The notes beneath the pieces were generated by a model. That model worked only from the letters and a program-made list of their open reading frames with translations. It searched no databases and was not told the DNA's origin. Position numbers and translations under genes: made by a program. DNA of 64,000 nt from contig NC_086097.1 of NCBI RefSeq assembly GCF_963921235.1, positions 73,720,001 to 73,784,000 of the forward strand, in the 5' to 3' direction. Source of the DNA: Mobula hypostoma. Taxonomy: Eukaryota. This document shows, piece by piece, positions 22,701-37,700 of the stretch (its first letter is position 1; each line of letters opens with the position of its first letter).

Positions 22701-25700
22701 TGCGAGTCCTGAGGCACTTGTATCTTCTACCTGATGGCAGCAGCGGGAAAAGAGCATGGCCTGGGTGGTGAGGATCTTTGATGATGGTTGCTGCTTTTCT
22801 ACTGCAGCATTTCATGTAGATGTGCTCAATGGTTGGGAGGGCTTTACCCGTGATGTACTGGACCAAATATACTACCTTTTGTAGGATTTTCTGCTCAAGG
22901 GCATTGGTGTTCCCATACCAGGCTATAATACAGCCAGTCAGCACACTTTACACCACGCATTTATAGAAGTTTACCAAAGTTTTTGATGACATGCCAAATC
23001 TCTGCAGACTCCTGAAGAAGTAGAGCTGCTGTGCTTTCATTGCAATTATATTTATATGATGGTTCCAAGACAGGTCCTCTGAGATAATGACACCCAGGAA
23101 TTTAAAGTTACTGAGCTTCTCCCTCTCTGATCCTCCAATGAGTACAGGCTTATAGACCTCTGGTTTCCCTCTCCTGAAGTCTACCATCAGTTCCTTGGTC
23201 TTATCGACAATGAGTGAGAGGTTGTTGTTATTACACCACTCAGCCAAATTTTCTATCTCCCTCCTGTATGCGATTTATCACCACCTTTGATACGGCCCAC
23301 AACAGTAGTGTCATTAACAAACTTGTATACGGTGTTGGAGCTGTACTTAGCCACACAGTCATAGCTGTAACGTGAGTAGAGCAAAGGCTAAGCACAGATC
23401 CCTGTGGTGCTGCTGTGCTCATGGAAATTGCAGAGGAGATGTTTTTGCCATTCTGAATTGACTGGGGTCTGAAAGTGAGGAAATCCAGGATCCAATTGCA
23501 CAAGAGGGTATTGAGGCCCAGGTCGTGGAGCTTACTGATTCGTTTTGAGGCGATGATGTTATTAAATGCTGAGCTGTAATCGATAAAGAGTATCCTGATG
23601 TATGCATCTTTGCTGTCCATATATTCTAGGGTTGTGTGAAGAGCAAATGAGATGGCATCCACTGTAGACCTGTTGCTTTGATAGGCGAACTGGAGCGGAT
23701 CCAAGTTGCCACTCAGACAGGAGCTGATATGCTTCAACACCAGCCTCTCAAAACACTTCATCACTGTGGATGTAAGTGCCATTGCTCGATAGTCATTGAG
23801 GCAGCTCACCACGTGTCAGGATTTCCTTGAAAGCTCAAATTCTGATGTTAAGATTGTATCCTCAAACAAGTTTCTCTCATTAAGAACACTGTAGATACCA
23901 CTAGCAAAACTATAAAGTTTGAGGATATGTTTACACAACCTAACCAAGACAAGATATATGAAAATCACTGTGATTTATATTTCAAAGGTTTTTCCTGTTC
24001 AGAGAAATTATGGATTGTTTTTTTCTGAAAAACGGAAAAAGCAAAAACACCAAGTATGACTGCAGTGGACAATTCTAACTAAACCAACTGCTGCTACTGG
24101 CAACCACCACGGATTTGTTATACTTGTATGGTGCGCTCTCCAGCTCCAATACCAATTGTTCCAAAAGTTGAAGATATGTATTCGATCCTTTCTGAGTAAT
24201 TAGCAAACATACATTCTTGAAGTGATGAAACTTAAGTGTACTTAAGCACATGTATGCGTAACTAAAGACATGACATTCGACAGTCCCCAGCGCAAAATGC
24301 CCCAAACAAAGCACGAATACATAACTTATTCCCATTGCTTTTTCCATGCACCCTCTCACGTGACTAGGTACGATAATAAACGTGCAACAGAGAATACAAT
24401 GCAGATAGAGAACAGATGCATGGCTTCTACATTCCAGCTCTCCAAGTATTATACTATAATAATTATAACTACATGCTACAAAGACATGGGAGACATGAAA
24501 TCTCAACATTCACACAACGGTCCTCTTTCTGGTATGCAGTCTATCCTTGGTTGTCATCTTCGCCTAACAAACCAGCTTGTTCCTCCTGACTGCGTTCAGG
24601 AAAATCTGTCTTGAATTGCTGCTGCCAAAGCTCATTCAAGTTCAAAACTGAAATCCTGTTAACTGTCCGCTCCGGCTGAGTGTAGTCTCTTCCACCACCA
24701 TAGACTCCTTTCAATGGTCTATTAAAAGTCCAACCCAGCCTTGTTCTGATTGCATAGGGTCCATCATTAACACCATGAATCACTTGTAACAGCTCCAATG
24801 CTTTAGACCCATTCACCCCTACCAGTGGCTCAATATCTGAATCAATTTCTGGCAAATAAATATGCTTCAGATGAGACAATTCCTGAAGATCTTTCTGACA
24901 AGGAATGCTTCCTCTGTAGACAGGCATACATTCCTGCGTATAGATATTTCACAATAGTTTTCACTATCTAAGTCAGCCACTTCCAATCCTAAAACAACGT
25001 AGCTACTCACAACCTTCTCTTGATGCATGGTGCGTAAAAGAAAGTGTGTTCATTCTCCTGTCAGATTGAGCTTGTTCATGAGGTTCACTGTGCAGAGCAC
25101 TGCTGTACTTCCTTGATCTAAGAAAGGTTAAGATCGTTACTCTCTTAGACTTCACCTGAACTGCAGTTATAGAATGTTTACAATCATGATCATCAGCCCC
25201 CATAAGGCCATTAGATACCAGGGCGGTACTCGCTGTTGTGCTTGATTCTTTAAAGGCTTACTTCGAATCTGCACTCTTTACTTAGTCCCAGGCTTTACTA
25301 GCTTCACTTTTCACTTTTTAGTAGTGGCAAAATAAATTACTTGAGAATGAATTTGTGATTTAGTCTTGTTCACACATTTGCTTACTGCTGGTGATACAGC
25401 ATCGTGCACATTCCCAAACGCTGGGGGTGTTGTAATCTTTACTTGCCTTTCAATAAAAGCAAAAACTTCAGTGAAAGTAAACTTACGGGTTGTGCCTTTC
25501 TTGCAGTTTACAGACCATCGATCTTTGTTTTTCCCTCAGTTTATGGGACAATTTCTTTATGGCAATCGTATTAGCAGGCATGTCCAGCTCACACATGTAC
25601 TGCAATTCTTCCATGACATTACAACAGTCTCTAGGCAAAAGACTGCAATCCTGAAGAACTTTCACATCTTCAGAATGGATATGTGGGCAATAAAGAGCCT

Positions 25701-28700
25701 TTTTCATGTAGTCTGCAGCAATTTTGTGGTTATCACCAAAATGTCCCTGTAGTAGAGCTTGGGCCTTTATATATCCTTGCTCCGGGCTGGCTCACTGGCA
25801 ACTTTTGACAGCAGGGTAACCTCCAGTGAACTGTTTGAGAAAATAGAGATGGTCACCATAATCATCAGTCTTGCCTTTGATGCTATTCTTGAAAACCCTC
25901 ATAAACAAATGATACTGTGATGGATTGCCATTGAATATATGAATCTCTCTTTTAAGGCACACATGCAATGCATTGTTGTTGCATCACTAAGCTTGCTAGT
26001 TCCTTTTCCATCCTAATGACCTCCAGTGCACTATTTAGATTTTTATAATCTGAAACACAAGAGCCAAACTGTAAAATAATGTCCTCAGAAGCTCCTGTGC
26101 TATTGGATATGGCGTAGGTTCAGAGTGCCTCCTTGGTGCGGGCTGAGAATGAACAAATGTATCCACAGTGACATTGAGTATGTTGGATTTTCTCTGTGTC
26201 ATGTCAACACAGGAACTCTCACCAGAGAACTGTCCTGCTGGTGCATGTTTTGCACCCACAGCACTTGAAGCTCTTAACACTTTAACTCTGGCCATCTTGG
26301 CTGCAATTTCTTCCTGCAACTTAAGCTGCTCCAAAGCACCTTGTGCTACAGGATATGACATAGATCCTTTCTCCAAAGCTGCTCCATCTTTCTCCAAAGC
26401 TGTTCTTCCATCTGCTCCTGGTTTCTCTGAAGCTCTTCCACCATCATCTCCTCATTTCTCCTAGGCTGTTCTTCCTGTTCTTTCAATGCATGTCTATCCC
26501 TTAGTTGTTGTTGCTTTGCTCATAACTTGGCTAAATCAGCCTCCATTTTAATATTTACCAAAGAGCTATCAGATGCACAGGACGCTCTGCTAGCAACAGA
26601 ATGTGCTGCATGCATGTTAGATGCACTGTCTTCAGGGTGTACGTCATTCTTAAAGCCATCAGTTTTATACATAGTCACAGCATGCTCTGAAGTTTGAGAA
26701 ATATTTTCATTTTCTCCAGCAATTTGACCTTCAACATCGCATGCTTGTTTCAACCATTGTTCAGTCTCGGCTGTGACTGTACTAATAAGCTTATCAATAT
26801 TTAAATAGCTTTCAATTTGCTTATCTTGCACTGAGATAGGCATTGCAGACAAGAAGTTATGTTGCTGAGTGACATCTTCATGAAGATTTTTTAATTCATG
26901 CAATTGCGGCTGCACTTCCAAGACATTGTGCTGTCCTGGTATGAGCAAACTTCTAATTAATGGTATTAAATCATTAATGTTAATAATTTTATTATAGCCT
27001 TTTCGAACATTGTCGATTCTAGTCACCAAAGAAAGTTTGATTTCCCTTTAGGTACTGACTTGAAGGTCACTGCTTCCAGCTTGACTCATGTTGTTTTCTA
27101 AGTACAAGAACCAGGCAAAACAACAGCATTCAATTCAGACACTGACAATCAACATATTTCAGCTTTTCAAGAGAACCAACACAGACTTCACAGGCGAACA
27201 CCACTATACAGCTTAGTCTTTGATGACCATTCCGAACTATATTCCAAACTCAAACACACAGAATGAATCAACAAATGGTCCTTACTTGCCACAAGCTGCT
27301 CCAGCCTGTGGTGCTTCTAATTTCACAGACACATTCGAATGCTGATGTTCATTTGCTATAACTATCGAAATCTTTTGTTGACAGAATATAGCAGCCAATT
27401 CTAACCAAACCAATTGCAGCTGCTGGCACCCCCATGCGTTTGTTATACTTGCATGATGCACTCTCCAGCTCCAATAATGATTGTTCCAAAACTCAAAGAT
27501 ATGTACTTGATTTCTTATCAGCAATTAATAAAATACAACCATGAGGCAATGAAGCTCAAGCATACTTAAACGCAAATAAGTGTAACTAAGCTGTCAATTA
27601 AATACATGACACCTGTTGGTCCCCAGCTACAAACTGCCCCAAGCAAAGCATGAATATGTAACTTATTCCCTCTGCTTTTACCATGCCCCCACTCATGTGA
27701 CTAATTACCATAACACAGAATACAATGCCGACAGAGAACAGATGCTCTTACAATGACAAAGGAAGAAAAGGATTAATGGTACAACTGAAATTTGAGATAA
27801 GGGCATTGACAACGTTCTGATAGTATGTTATAGAGTGGAAATATAAGAGTGCGGTCCAATGGATGACTTTTGTGACTGAAACATCACATGCTGACACTGC
27901 AGGAAATAACAACTTAATGCTGAAAAGTTGATGAACAAACTTACACACTGAAGTTTACCAGGAGATATGGAGTCTGAATGGAGCAACAGGAGCTTGGAGA
28001 GCACTTGCCAGTGAAGTCTGAGAATTTATTGCTGGGCTTTCTGAATGTAGTTCATGGAGAGTGGAGATAGGAAGAATAGCTAGTAGAATACTGAAGAGCA
28101 CCTGCTAATTTCACTAGCAGGAAAAAGTGAGGCAAAAGATGGCTGGGAAGTGAATAATTGATCAGATGTAGACAAGAAGTTGGAACAGCATTGAGTCTAC
28201 ACAGGAATCCATACCTCGCATGTAATCTGAGATGATAGCTGAGAGATGGACTGCACTGAACTCAAGACTTAAGTGAGTATTTCAGGCTCTGTGATAAGGG
28301 AGCTTTGGTTCTGCCACTATCTAGCTGAGGAGTTTTGGTTCATCCAGCTTCTAATATCACAAGGACAATACGACCATAAAATTACCCAATTCCTGTTTAT
28401 TATATTAACTTGAAATTCCCTCTCTAAACTTCTATTTAATGCCTAAATCAACAAGATGGCTCACAAATATACCTTATCTTACGAAAGAATGTTTTACAAT
28501 CCTACATCTATTTTAAACATAGTCTACCCTCATTTCAAAAGATCACTGGCAGAAATACTGACAACTCTAGCACTTTCAGCATTGCCTGTAGAACTACAGC
28601 TGCTATGTGAAGAATAATTGTTAGAAGTAAACAAGTTTTCAATTACTTTAAGCAGCATAAAAACAGGTCAAATGACAAAAAAGCTAAATATGAAGAAGGG

Positions 28701-31700
28701 ATCAGCAACTGAAAGTAAATGGAACATTTTTCTATTCCATTCCAGATTGCTGCTGTTTATGCTTATTATCATTTGCCAACAATAGCTTTTTTACTGTTAT
28801 TTCATCATTTGTTATTTTTACTGTTATTTCATCATTTGTTATCTTTTCTGTGTAGTGAAACAAATTTCTTTTTTTCCTGACTTATCATCAGAAATGGTGT
28901 TCAATTTGGACCTTTATTTGATATGAAAGGCAATTCTTGAAGAATGATATAAAGCACGTGAGTTACACTTTACACTATAATTAATGTTCATGTGGAACCA
29001 TATTGTGAAAAAATGAAGAACAAAGTAAATCCACTGAAGGATTTATTTGATTCTAGTGATTGAATTACTTTTATTTACACTTTGTAGGACTTTTAACCTG
29101 CTTTATCAATGTGAATAAATTCTGTAATGCTGGCATCAATTGCGACATCCAGGGAGTTGAAAATGTCATGCCTCACACCATACCTCAGATGTCCAACAGC
29201 TTTAGTTCGTACCAATGAGAGAATAATATAATCATTCTGTTGTCCTTGGAATCTGTCCACTGTGGTCACCTGGAAGGAAGAAAATAGACTCCTCACTTCT
29301 GAGATAACTTGGCTTGGGGGAGTAGAATTGAGGGGGGAAAAAACTTACAGTCACTTAAAGGTTCTCTATTTGAAATTTTTAAATCCTTTCTTAATATTGT
29401 AGACTTTATAAATTAAGTCTCAGTAAAAATAAGAATTTGCAGAAATAAATCTATAAAATGCTCCAAGGAGCATTCCAATTCTGGATCACAAATGACAGCA
29501 GCAGAACAAATTCCACACGTTCCCTGAGAAAATGCAGCCCAAGTGAGCTGACTTTTTCATTCCCAATCCAATACTTAGGTGCTTAAAGAACTTGTTGAGA
29601 TTAATATGATGAATACTTCATACGCATGTTAAAAAAATCTCCCTTTCATTGCAATGCCTTCACAGGCCATCTCTAGTGCAACTCTTAGCAAGGAATTAAC
29701 TAACACTCAGTTATGAGATACTCTCTAATATTCTCTTATTAGCTACTACACTAAAATCTTCAACAAGAGTGACTGAAATTGGGAATTAACAACCAAGGAA
29801 AATTGAATATGCAATTTTCACACACTACATCAGATAATTTCCATCTAATTGATGTTTAGAATCTAGTTGCAAATTATCATTATATGTTACTGCCTCACTG
29901 TAAATCTGTCATGTATCAATGTTTGAAGAGGAATCTTACCTTGCTTGGACGACCTATAAGAGGATTACTACCACAACGTTGATTGATTACATCACGAATC
30001 AAATGCTTCTGACCATTATAGGTTGTCAAGATACTAATTCTCTCTGCAGGATATCCCAGTAGGCGCATGTACATAAAAAGGGCCACTGCATACTCAGCCT
30101 CAGCCAGATTCTGTTAAATGTGAGCAACAATTTGAATTACAGAAAAGCAGGCAATGGATTTGAAACATGATTGCACACGTTTAAACACACACACAAAATT
30201 AATATATTCTTTAAGTTCTTGCATATTACTTCAAAAATATCTGGATGATTTTGGAAATATGCTAATGGAAGATAAATCAGTCAGCAATGTTAGATTGTTA
30301 TTAAGCGAACTATTTACCTGGTAGAAGTATGGATTTGGTTCTGATTCACCAATTCCATTGAAGTCCTCCACATTGATAAGTTGGAAGTCGTACACTAACC
30401 CAGCATTAGCAGCACAAAACTCAGGTAGCGTCTGGACGTGCGGAAGATTACCAAGTTTCTTATAACGCCAGTTATAGAGGTTGCACAAACTTAAAGGAAA
30501 ATAAAGTAGAACATGTAAATAAGACCATAAGACCAACAAACAAAATTAGGCCATTCGGCCCAATCTGTCTGCTGTGCCATTTCATCATGGGTGATTTATT
30601 ATCCCTCCTAACCCCACTATCCTGTCATCCTGTAATCTTTGACACTCTGATTAATCAAGAACTCATCAACCTCCACCTTAAATATACCCAATAACTTGGC
30701 CATTTGTGGCAAAGAATTCCACAGATTCACCACCCTCTGGCTGAAGAAGTATTTCCTCATCTTGGTTCTAAATGGACATCCCTCAATTCTGAGGCTGTGC
30801 CTTCTAGTCCCAGTTTCCTCTCACAATCATAAACATTCTCTCCATATCTGATCTACCCAGATATTTCAATATTTGATAGGCTTCAATGAGATCCCACCCC
30901 CCCCCATTCTTCTAAACTGCAGCAAGTGCAGGCACAAAGCCATATAATGCTCCTGATACATTAACCCTTTCATTCCTGGGATCATTCTCGTGAACTTCCT
31001 CTGGACTTTCTCCAATGCCAGCATATCCTTTCTTAGATAAGGGGCCCAAAACTACTCACAAAACTCCAAGAGTGGTCTGACAAATGCCTCAAAGGCTCAG
31101 TGTTACACCCTTGCTTTTGTATTCTAGTAATCTCAAAATGAACAGTAACATAGCATTTACCTTCCTAACCACCAACTCAACCTGCAAGTTAACCTTCAGA
31201 GAGCCCTACAACGTATGTTTTGTGAGAGTGCAGATGAACAAGAGCGTAAATAGTCAAACCCAGAGGAGATCGAAGTTCTTATTGACAGTTATTTTATTTC
31301 TTTTAAGCAATGAACAAAAAACTGGACTTGGTAGCTTATTATCCATAAAATAGCTTCAGGTTTACTTCCACTTAAAAATTCAGTGCGCACATGTTGTCAT
31401 CACTGGGCAAAAAATTGTACAGCTTAAGATTTTTATACACACCAGTCATTACAAATTAAGAGGGAACATTGCTACTAATGCCTCCAGAATCTCTTCAGCT
31501 ACCTCCTTCAGAACCCTGGGCTGGAGTCTATCTGATTCAGGTGACTTTTCAGTTTCCCAGGCATCTTCTCCTTAGTAATAGCAACGACAATCACTTGTGC
31601 CCCCTGACACTCTTGCACTTCTGGCATTCTGCTAGTTTCTTACACAGTGAGGACTGATGCAAAATACTTATTAAGTCCTTCCACTATTTCTTTGTCCCCT

Positions 31701-34700
31701 ATTACTACCTCTCCAGTGTCAATTTCCAGTGGTTCAATATCCACTCGCCTCTCCTTCACTCCTTAAACAGTATATCTAAAACAACTTTTTGTATCCTCCT
31801 ATATTATTGGTTAGTTTACCTTCATATTCCATCCCTTTTCTCTTTAGTGCTTTTAAGTTGCCTCTGTTGATTTTTAAAAGCTTCCCAATCCTCCACCTTC
31901 CCACGGATTTTTGCTATATTATATTATATGCCCTCTCTTGCTTTTATAGTGTCTTTGACTCCTCTCGTCAGCCATGGTTACCTCATCCTCGCTTTAGAAT
32001 GCCAATTTATTGTTGGGATACATCTTTCCTGTACCTTTTGTATTTCCCTAAGAAACTTCAGCCACTGCTGTTCTGCTGTCATCCCTGCTAGTGTCCCCTT
32101 CCAATCAACTTTGGCCAGCTCCTCTCTCATGCCTCTGTAATTCCCTTTACTCTACTGTAATACTGATAAATCTGATTTTAGCTTCTCTTTCTCAAACTGC
32201 AGGGTGAATTCTATCATTTTATGATTACTGTCTCCTAAGTGTACTTTTACCTTAAGCTTCCTAATCAAATATTGATCAATTCAAAATTGCCGTTCCCCCA
32301 GTGCGCTCAACCACAAGCTGCTCTAAAAAGCCATCTCAAAGGCATTCTAAAAATTCCCTCAGTTGGGATCCAGCACCAACCGGATTTTCCCAATCTACCT
32401 GGATCTTGAAATCTTGCATGATTAGCGCAACATTGCTCTTTTTATGTGCATTTCCTATAGTCTATTGTATTTTGTAACTTATATCCAGGCCACTGATCAG
32501 AGGCCTGTATGTAACTCCCACCAGGGTGTTTTTACCCTTGCATTTTCTTAACTCTACCCTCAAGGGTACTACATCTTCGGATTCTATATCACCTCCTTCT
32601 AAGGATTTGACTTTTTTTTTAACCAACAGAGCCACCACACTCCATCTGCCTACCTGCTATCCTTCTGATACAATGTGTATCCTTGGGTGTTAAGCTCCCA
32701 ACTATGATCTTTCAATCATGACTTGGAGATGGCCACAACATCATTCATGCCAATCCCTAACTGCTCTACAAGATCATCTACCTTATTCCATATATTGTGT
32801 GCATTTAAATTCAGTCATGTATTCATCAGCCTTTTTGATTTTGGCCCCCTGTTACATTTTAATTCATCCCACTGGCTGCAATTTTGCCCTATCATCTGCC
32901 TGTCCTTTCTAACAGACTCCCTACACACTGCATCTACTGTATACCAACTGCCCCATCAAACCTATCACTCTTGTTCCCTTACTCCTGCTTTAAACCCTTC
33001 CCAACAGCTATAGCAAACCTGTCTGCAAGGATATCAGTCCTTCTCGGGCTCAGGTGTAACCCGCCCTTTTTATACAGGTCATACCTTCCCTAGAAGAGAT
33101 CGCAATGGTCCAGAAATCTGAAACTCTGCCCCTTGCACCAATCCTTCAGCCGCACATTCAACTGCCAAATCATCCTATTCTTACCCTCACTGGTACTTGC
33201 CACAGGCAACAATCCAGAAATTACTACCCTGGAAGAGGATCTGCTTTTCAGTTTTCTGCTTAACTCCCTGTATTTTCTCTTTAAGACCTCTTACCTTTTC
33301 ATACCTATGTCATTGCTACCAATATGTACCATGATTCAGGCTGTTCACATCCCCCTTTAGAATGCCATGGACTTGATCCGAGACATGCCTGACCCTGGTA
33401 ACATACTATCCGGTGTCTCTTTCATGCCCACAGAAACTGCTTTTTGTGTGTGTTGTTTCCTCCAATTATGGAATTCTCTATCACTACTGCATTTCTCTTC
33501 CCCTCACTTCCCTTCTGAGCCTCAGAGCCAGACTCCGTGTCAGAGACCCAGTTGCTGAAGCTTCCCCTGGTAGTTTGCACCCCCACTCCACCAACACAGT
33601 ATCGAAAGGGGTATATTTATTATTGAGAGGAATGGCCACAGGGATACCTTGGACTGCCTGGCTATTCCCTTTCCCTCTCCTGACATTCATCAGGGGTGAC
33701 TACCTTCCTATAGCTCCTATTTATTACCTTTGCATTCTCCCATATGAGCTGAAAGTCATTGAACTGCAGCTCCAGTTCCTTAACACGATCACTAGGCTGC
33801 TGCAGCTCAATGCACTTTGTGCAAATGTACTCCTCAGGGAAACTGCAGGTCTCTCAGATTTCCCTCATCTCACACAAGGAACATATCACTACCTCTGGTT
33901 TCCATTCTCAGCTTACTAGCTATGTACTAACAGAAAAAAAACTTGGTAGAATCTTTCCTCCTTAGAACCTCCTACTATGCTTGCCCAAAGCTTGTTGAGT
34001 CAAAGTTGGACCACTCTAATAATGGCTACTCCACTTTCTCCACAATCTCCTTTCTTCTTATTGGCCCCAAAAGTGATCGGCGCCTGCTGAGAAAAAAGGT
34101 AAAAAGTACCCAAGCTCTTTTTAAACCCCGCTCTGCATCACCAATGAACGACTGCTCACGCTGAACAAAATAAATACTATAATAATCCGACATGCTTAAA
34201 TAAATGCATTGCTTTAAACGCAATGCTGTTTCCTGCATCTTCAAAAATCTCATATGGTTTCGAAGAACAGCTGAGTTGGTAACCCCACTATGGGCATTTC
34301 AGTAGATAATCTATTCACCTACTGTACTACAGTATCACAAAATGGGAAAGCTGAATATCAGAAGCACCATTTTTCAGGCCAGATATTAAACTGTGGCTGC
34401 ATCTGCCACTGCAGTGGATGTAAATGATCCTGTGGTACTGCTCGAAGCACACTGTTTTAATTCTCAGTGACCCGGCAACTTCAACAGAGAATATCTAGTT
34501 ATTTGTCCCATTATCCCAAAGTTATGAAATGCAGTTCAAAAAATGCAGGTCCTGCTATCTTTACAAAGGAAGTTTTCTTTGTTTTACCTTGCCCTTGCTC
34601 TGCCCTGCGCATCAAGATCCACAGTTGGAACACCCAAACGAACAAAACGTGTGAACAGGGACTGCTCCATGTTGGAATATTTTTGGAAAGCCATATTCTT

Positions 34701-37700
34701 AATGACAGGTGGAAGCTGGTGGTGATCACCTATCATAATCCAACGCTTCAGTCTACTGAAGCCATCTTCAGGATTCTGTCAAGAGTGCAAATATAGGAAA
34801 TATTTCTAATCCAAGAACTTTGTGAAAATTGGAAGCACTACCCACACAGATAGCATCGAAAGAATCAATATCAATGATTTGCATCTTTGTCATTTAGTAA
34901 TCAGCCAATCTTAAAATACTTATTTTTGCTCATGAAATTAAATGCACTGATGACACCACTTATGAAGTTACAGTCAGGTTAACAACTTAGATTCACATCA
35001 CTAAATTGAATTTGAGAAGTACAAAGATTTTTTGCCTGTAGTGACCAATGCCATTCCCAGCAACTGAGCTTTAGTTGTGGTTACAGTATTTTATTTAATG
35101 ACTTATTACCTGCAGTAGGAGTGGGATAAATGTTTCAATCTCAAGAATCTGTGCTGCTTCTTCCATTAGGATGTTGTCATACTGTCAAAAGATGATAATT
35201 TTTTGAATACACACATTCGAATATAAAAGAAACATCTCTTCATCACGCCCACCAAAAAGCAATTAATTGAAGTATATAAACAAGACTTAGTGATTGCGGG
35301 TCCAATTAAGAGAGCTACATCAGTCCAAATGAGAGAACACATGGTCAACCTGGTTAGCAGCAGAATATCATAATATCAAAGTACTCCTGCATTAGGCATC
35401 AGATTCACATGCAAGGTAAAACTTCCTCTCCTCTACCCTTGTGAGATCCTAATGTACTGCAACATTTAAAAATGCACAGGCTAATTATACAATTCTGATT
35501 TCAAATAGCATTTCTGACAAACTAAGGTAAGCTTTGTGTTTCAAAATTCCAGTGGATTTTATTCTTCAGACAGTGAGTCCAAAATTCAAATTAACAGGCC
35601 ATCATCATTGACCTATTGATCAAATCTGAATTATGTATGGTAACACTGGAAATAAAATTATTGTTTGAAAGGGCATACATATAGGGACACAGATATTCAG
35701 CTTTAAATACAAGGAAACTAAATAAAATAACTTAACATTGAACTTGTAAAAGATTTGGAGGAATGTCACACATTCTGGGAATTTGACAACAGAAAGAGAC
35801 TAAAACTGAAAAAAAAAACACAACATTGAATTGATTTATTAAACTGGAATCAAAGTAGGCCATAAGGGAGTGGCAGAGGAAACTTGATGGGCTGAATAGC
35901 CTAATTCTGCTCCTATGGCTTGTGGTCTATGGTCTAACTCCCAAAATGAATATTTTGTGATGATCTCTTGTTGTTGACAAACAAACCCAAATTTAGTTTC
36001 GTATATATAAGGATATACTATAACATTATTGCACCACTATTTTGAGATCAAATGCATAGGATTACAACCTAAAAATAAATGACATTCTTCGCTGCCTGCT
36101 TTGTATTTAAATTGTAAATTCAAATCTTAACTGCAAATTTAAATTAAAAATATTTGGAAATAATACATTCAGTGAATGCAAGGTTTCATATTTGATCCTT
36201 AAGTACACAAATGATTTTGTACAGGCTTAAAATACTGCATGCTTCATTTATCAAGAGATAAGCAGCTCTAAAATATTTGAGCCTCTTCCAAGAATTACTG
36301 TGTTAAAAGATTCAATTACACTTTACCTTGAAGCCCAACTCTACTAGGTCATGTCGTTTCAGGGCAGCATGAGTACATGTCATGGCAATGATCTTTGCTT
36401 CTTTTACCAATAAATATTTAGATCTGTCCAGTCCACTGCGCAACAGCTCAAAAGCCCGAAATTCCTGCAGAAATGACCAAGAAATCAAATTTAAAAAGGA
36501 ATCAAATTAAAAAGAAAGAAGTATTCCAGAACAATATAATAATTAGGTATGTTAAAAAGACTGCAGAGTTTGAAGCTTAACCACATACTCTACGTATAGA
36601 GATTTCTCAACTTGCAGAGATTGGAAAATGTTTCATCTTTCTTTTGAAGGCATTGTACCTTTTCTGATATTCTAAGAAAAAGAAAGTCCATTGAAATTAC
36701 AGCTTAGACGTGCTGAACTGCTGAAACAATTCTAATCTCATTATTTCTTAAAAGAGTATCCTTATACATATATTACTTCTCTTTGAAAGATGCTCCAGTT
36801 TATCTCAGTGGCAATCTGTGACACAGCATGCCACGTTACATTAAGCTTCTTGGTATGGTTTTCCAAATATGTCCTTGTCTCCAAATACTTCAGTAGAAGC
36901 TGATGCTTAAAATGCACGAACAACTCTACAATACTTTTTCCTGACAGTAAAGGAACTATTTCTATGACTACTCGTTGCATTCTTAGAGGAATCTTTGCTT
37001 TGTCATTTAATACAATTTTCCATTCACAATATAATCTCTTAATCTATCTGTGACCTTCCAGTACATACATTTTATATTTTTTTCATTCCTTATCTACTAT
37101 TTGTTCTATGCATATTCATGGACCTTTATTTAATAACCATTTCTTCCCCCCGGGACTTCAGAAAACTTGACACTTCAATGTTGCGTGGTTGGAGCTCCCA
37201 GCATTTGGGTGAAATGTTAAACTGATCTCTGCTGGATCAGCTAAATACTTAGGATGCTGCTACATTATTTGGTATCAGACTCAGTATTCAGGTGTGGCCT
37301 TGGAGCAAATTGCAAACACGGAACAGAATTTTAATTTAAGCCTAACTTTTCTGTGAACCAAGGGGGGTGACCTCAGATGGAGGGACAGAACAAGATTTGA
37401 GTGTTTGTTCGGACATGGGTGGCAGAATTCAGTTTAGTTCAGTCCAGATTCAGATCAGGGAGAGGGATGGGTTAGGTGACTGAGGAATGCAGTTTATGAT
37501 GCAAACCAAAGCCAATGTTTTCAGTCATTCCAAGATGTATTTCAAGAAATTTTTGCTCGTCTAACACTGCACATTAGCCAAGTAGTCTAACAATTTAGTA
37601 GAATGATAATAGGAAGTAGCTTAGCATCAAGCTGGGCATTGCCAATGTACATGTGGAAAGTAATTCTATGATGTTAAACACAAGAGATTAAGCAAATGCT

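Larger units (their letters stand above)
21490..23812 (-). mobile_element. Rex1/Babar-type LINE, 5'-truncated and frameshifted, with nested inserts in its 3' end
   Basis: [39 protein letters not shown]; left boundary approximate. Confidence 0.85.

Noticed and set aside
35110..35181. Non-canonical Walker B (EEAAQ)
   Set aside because: This is a known normal feature of AQR orthologs.
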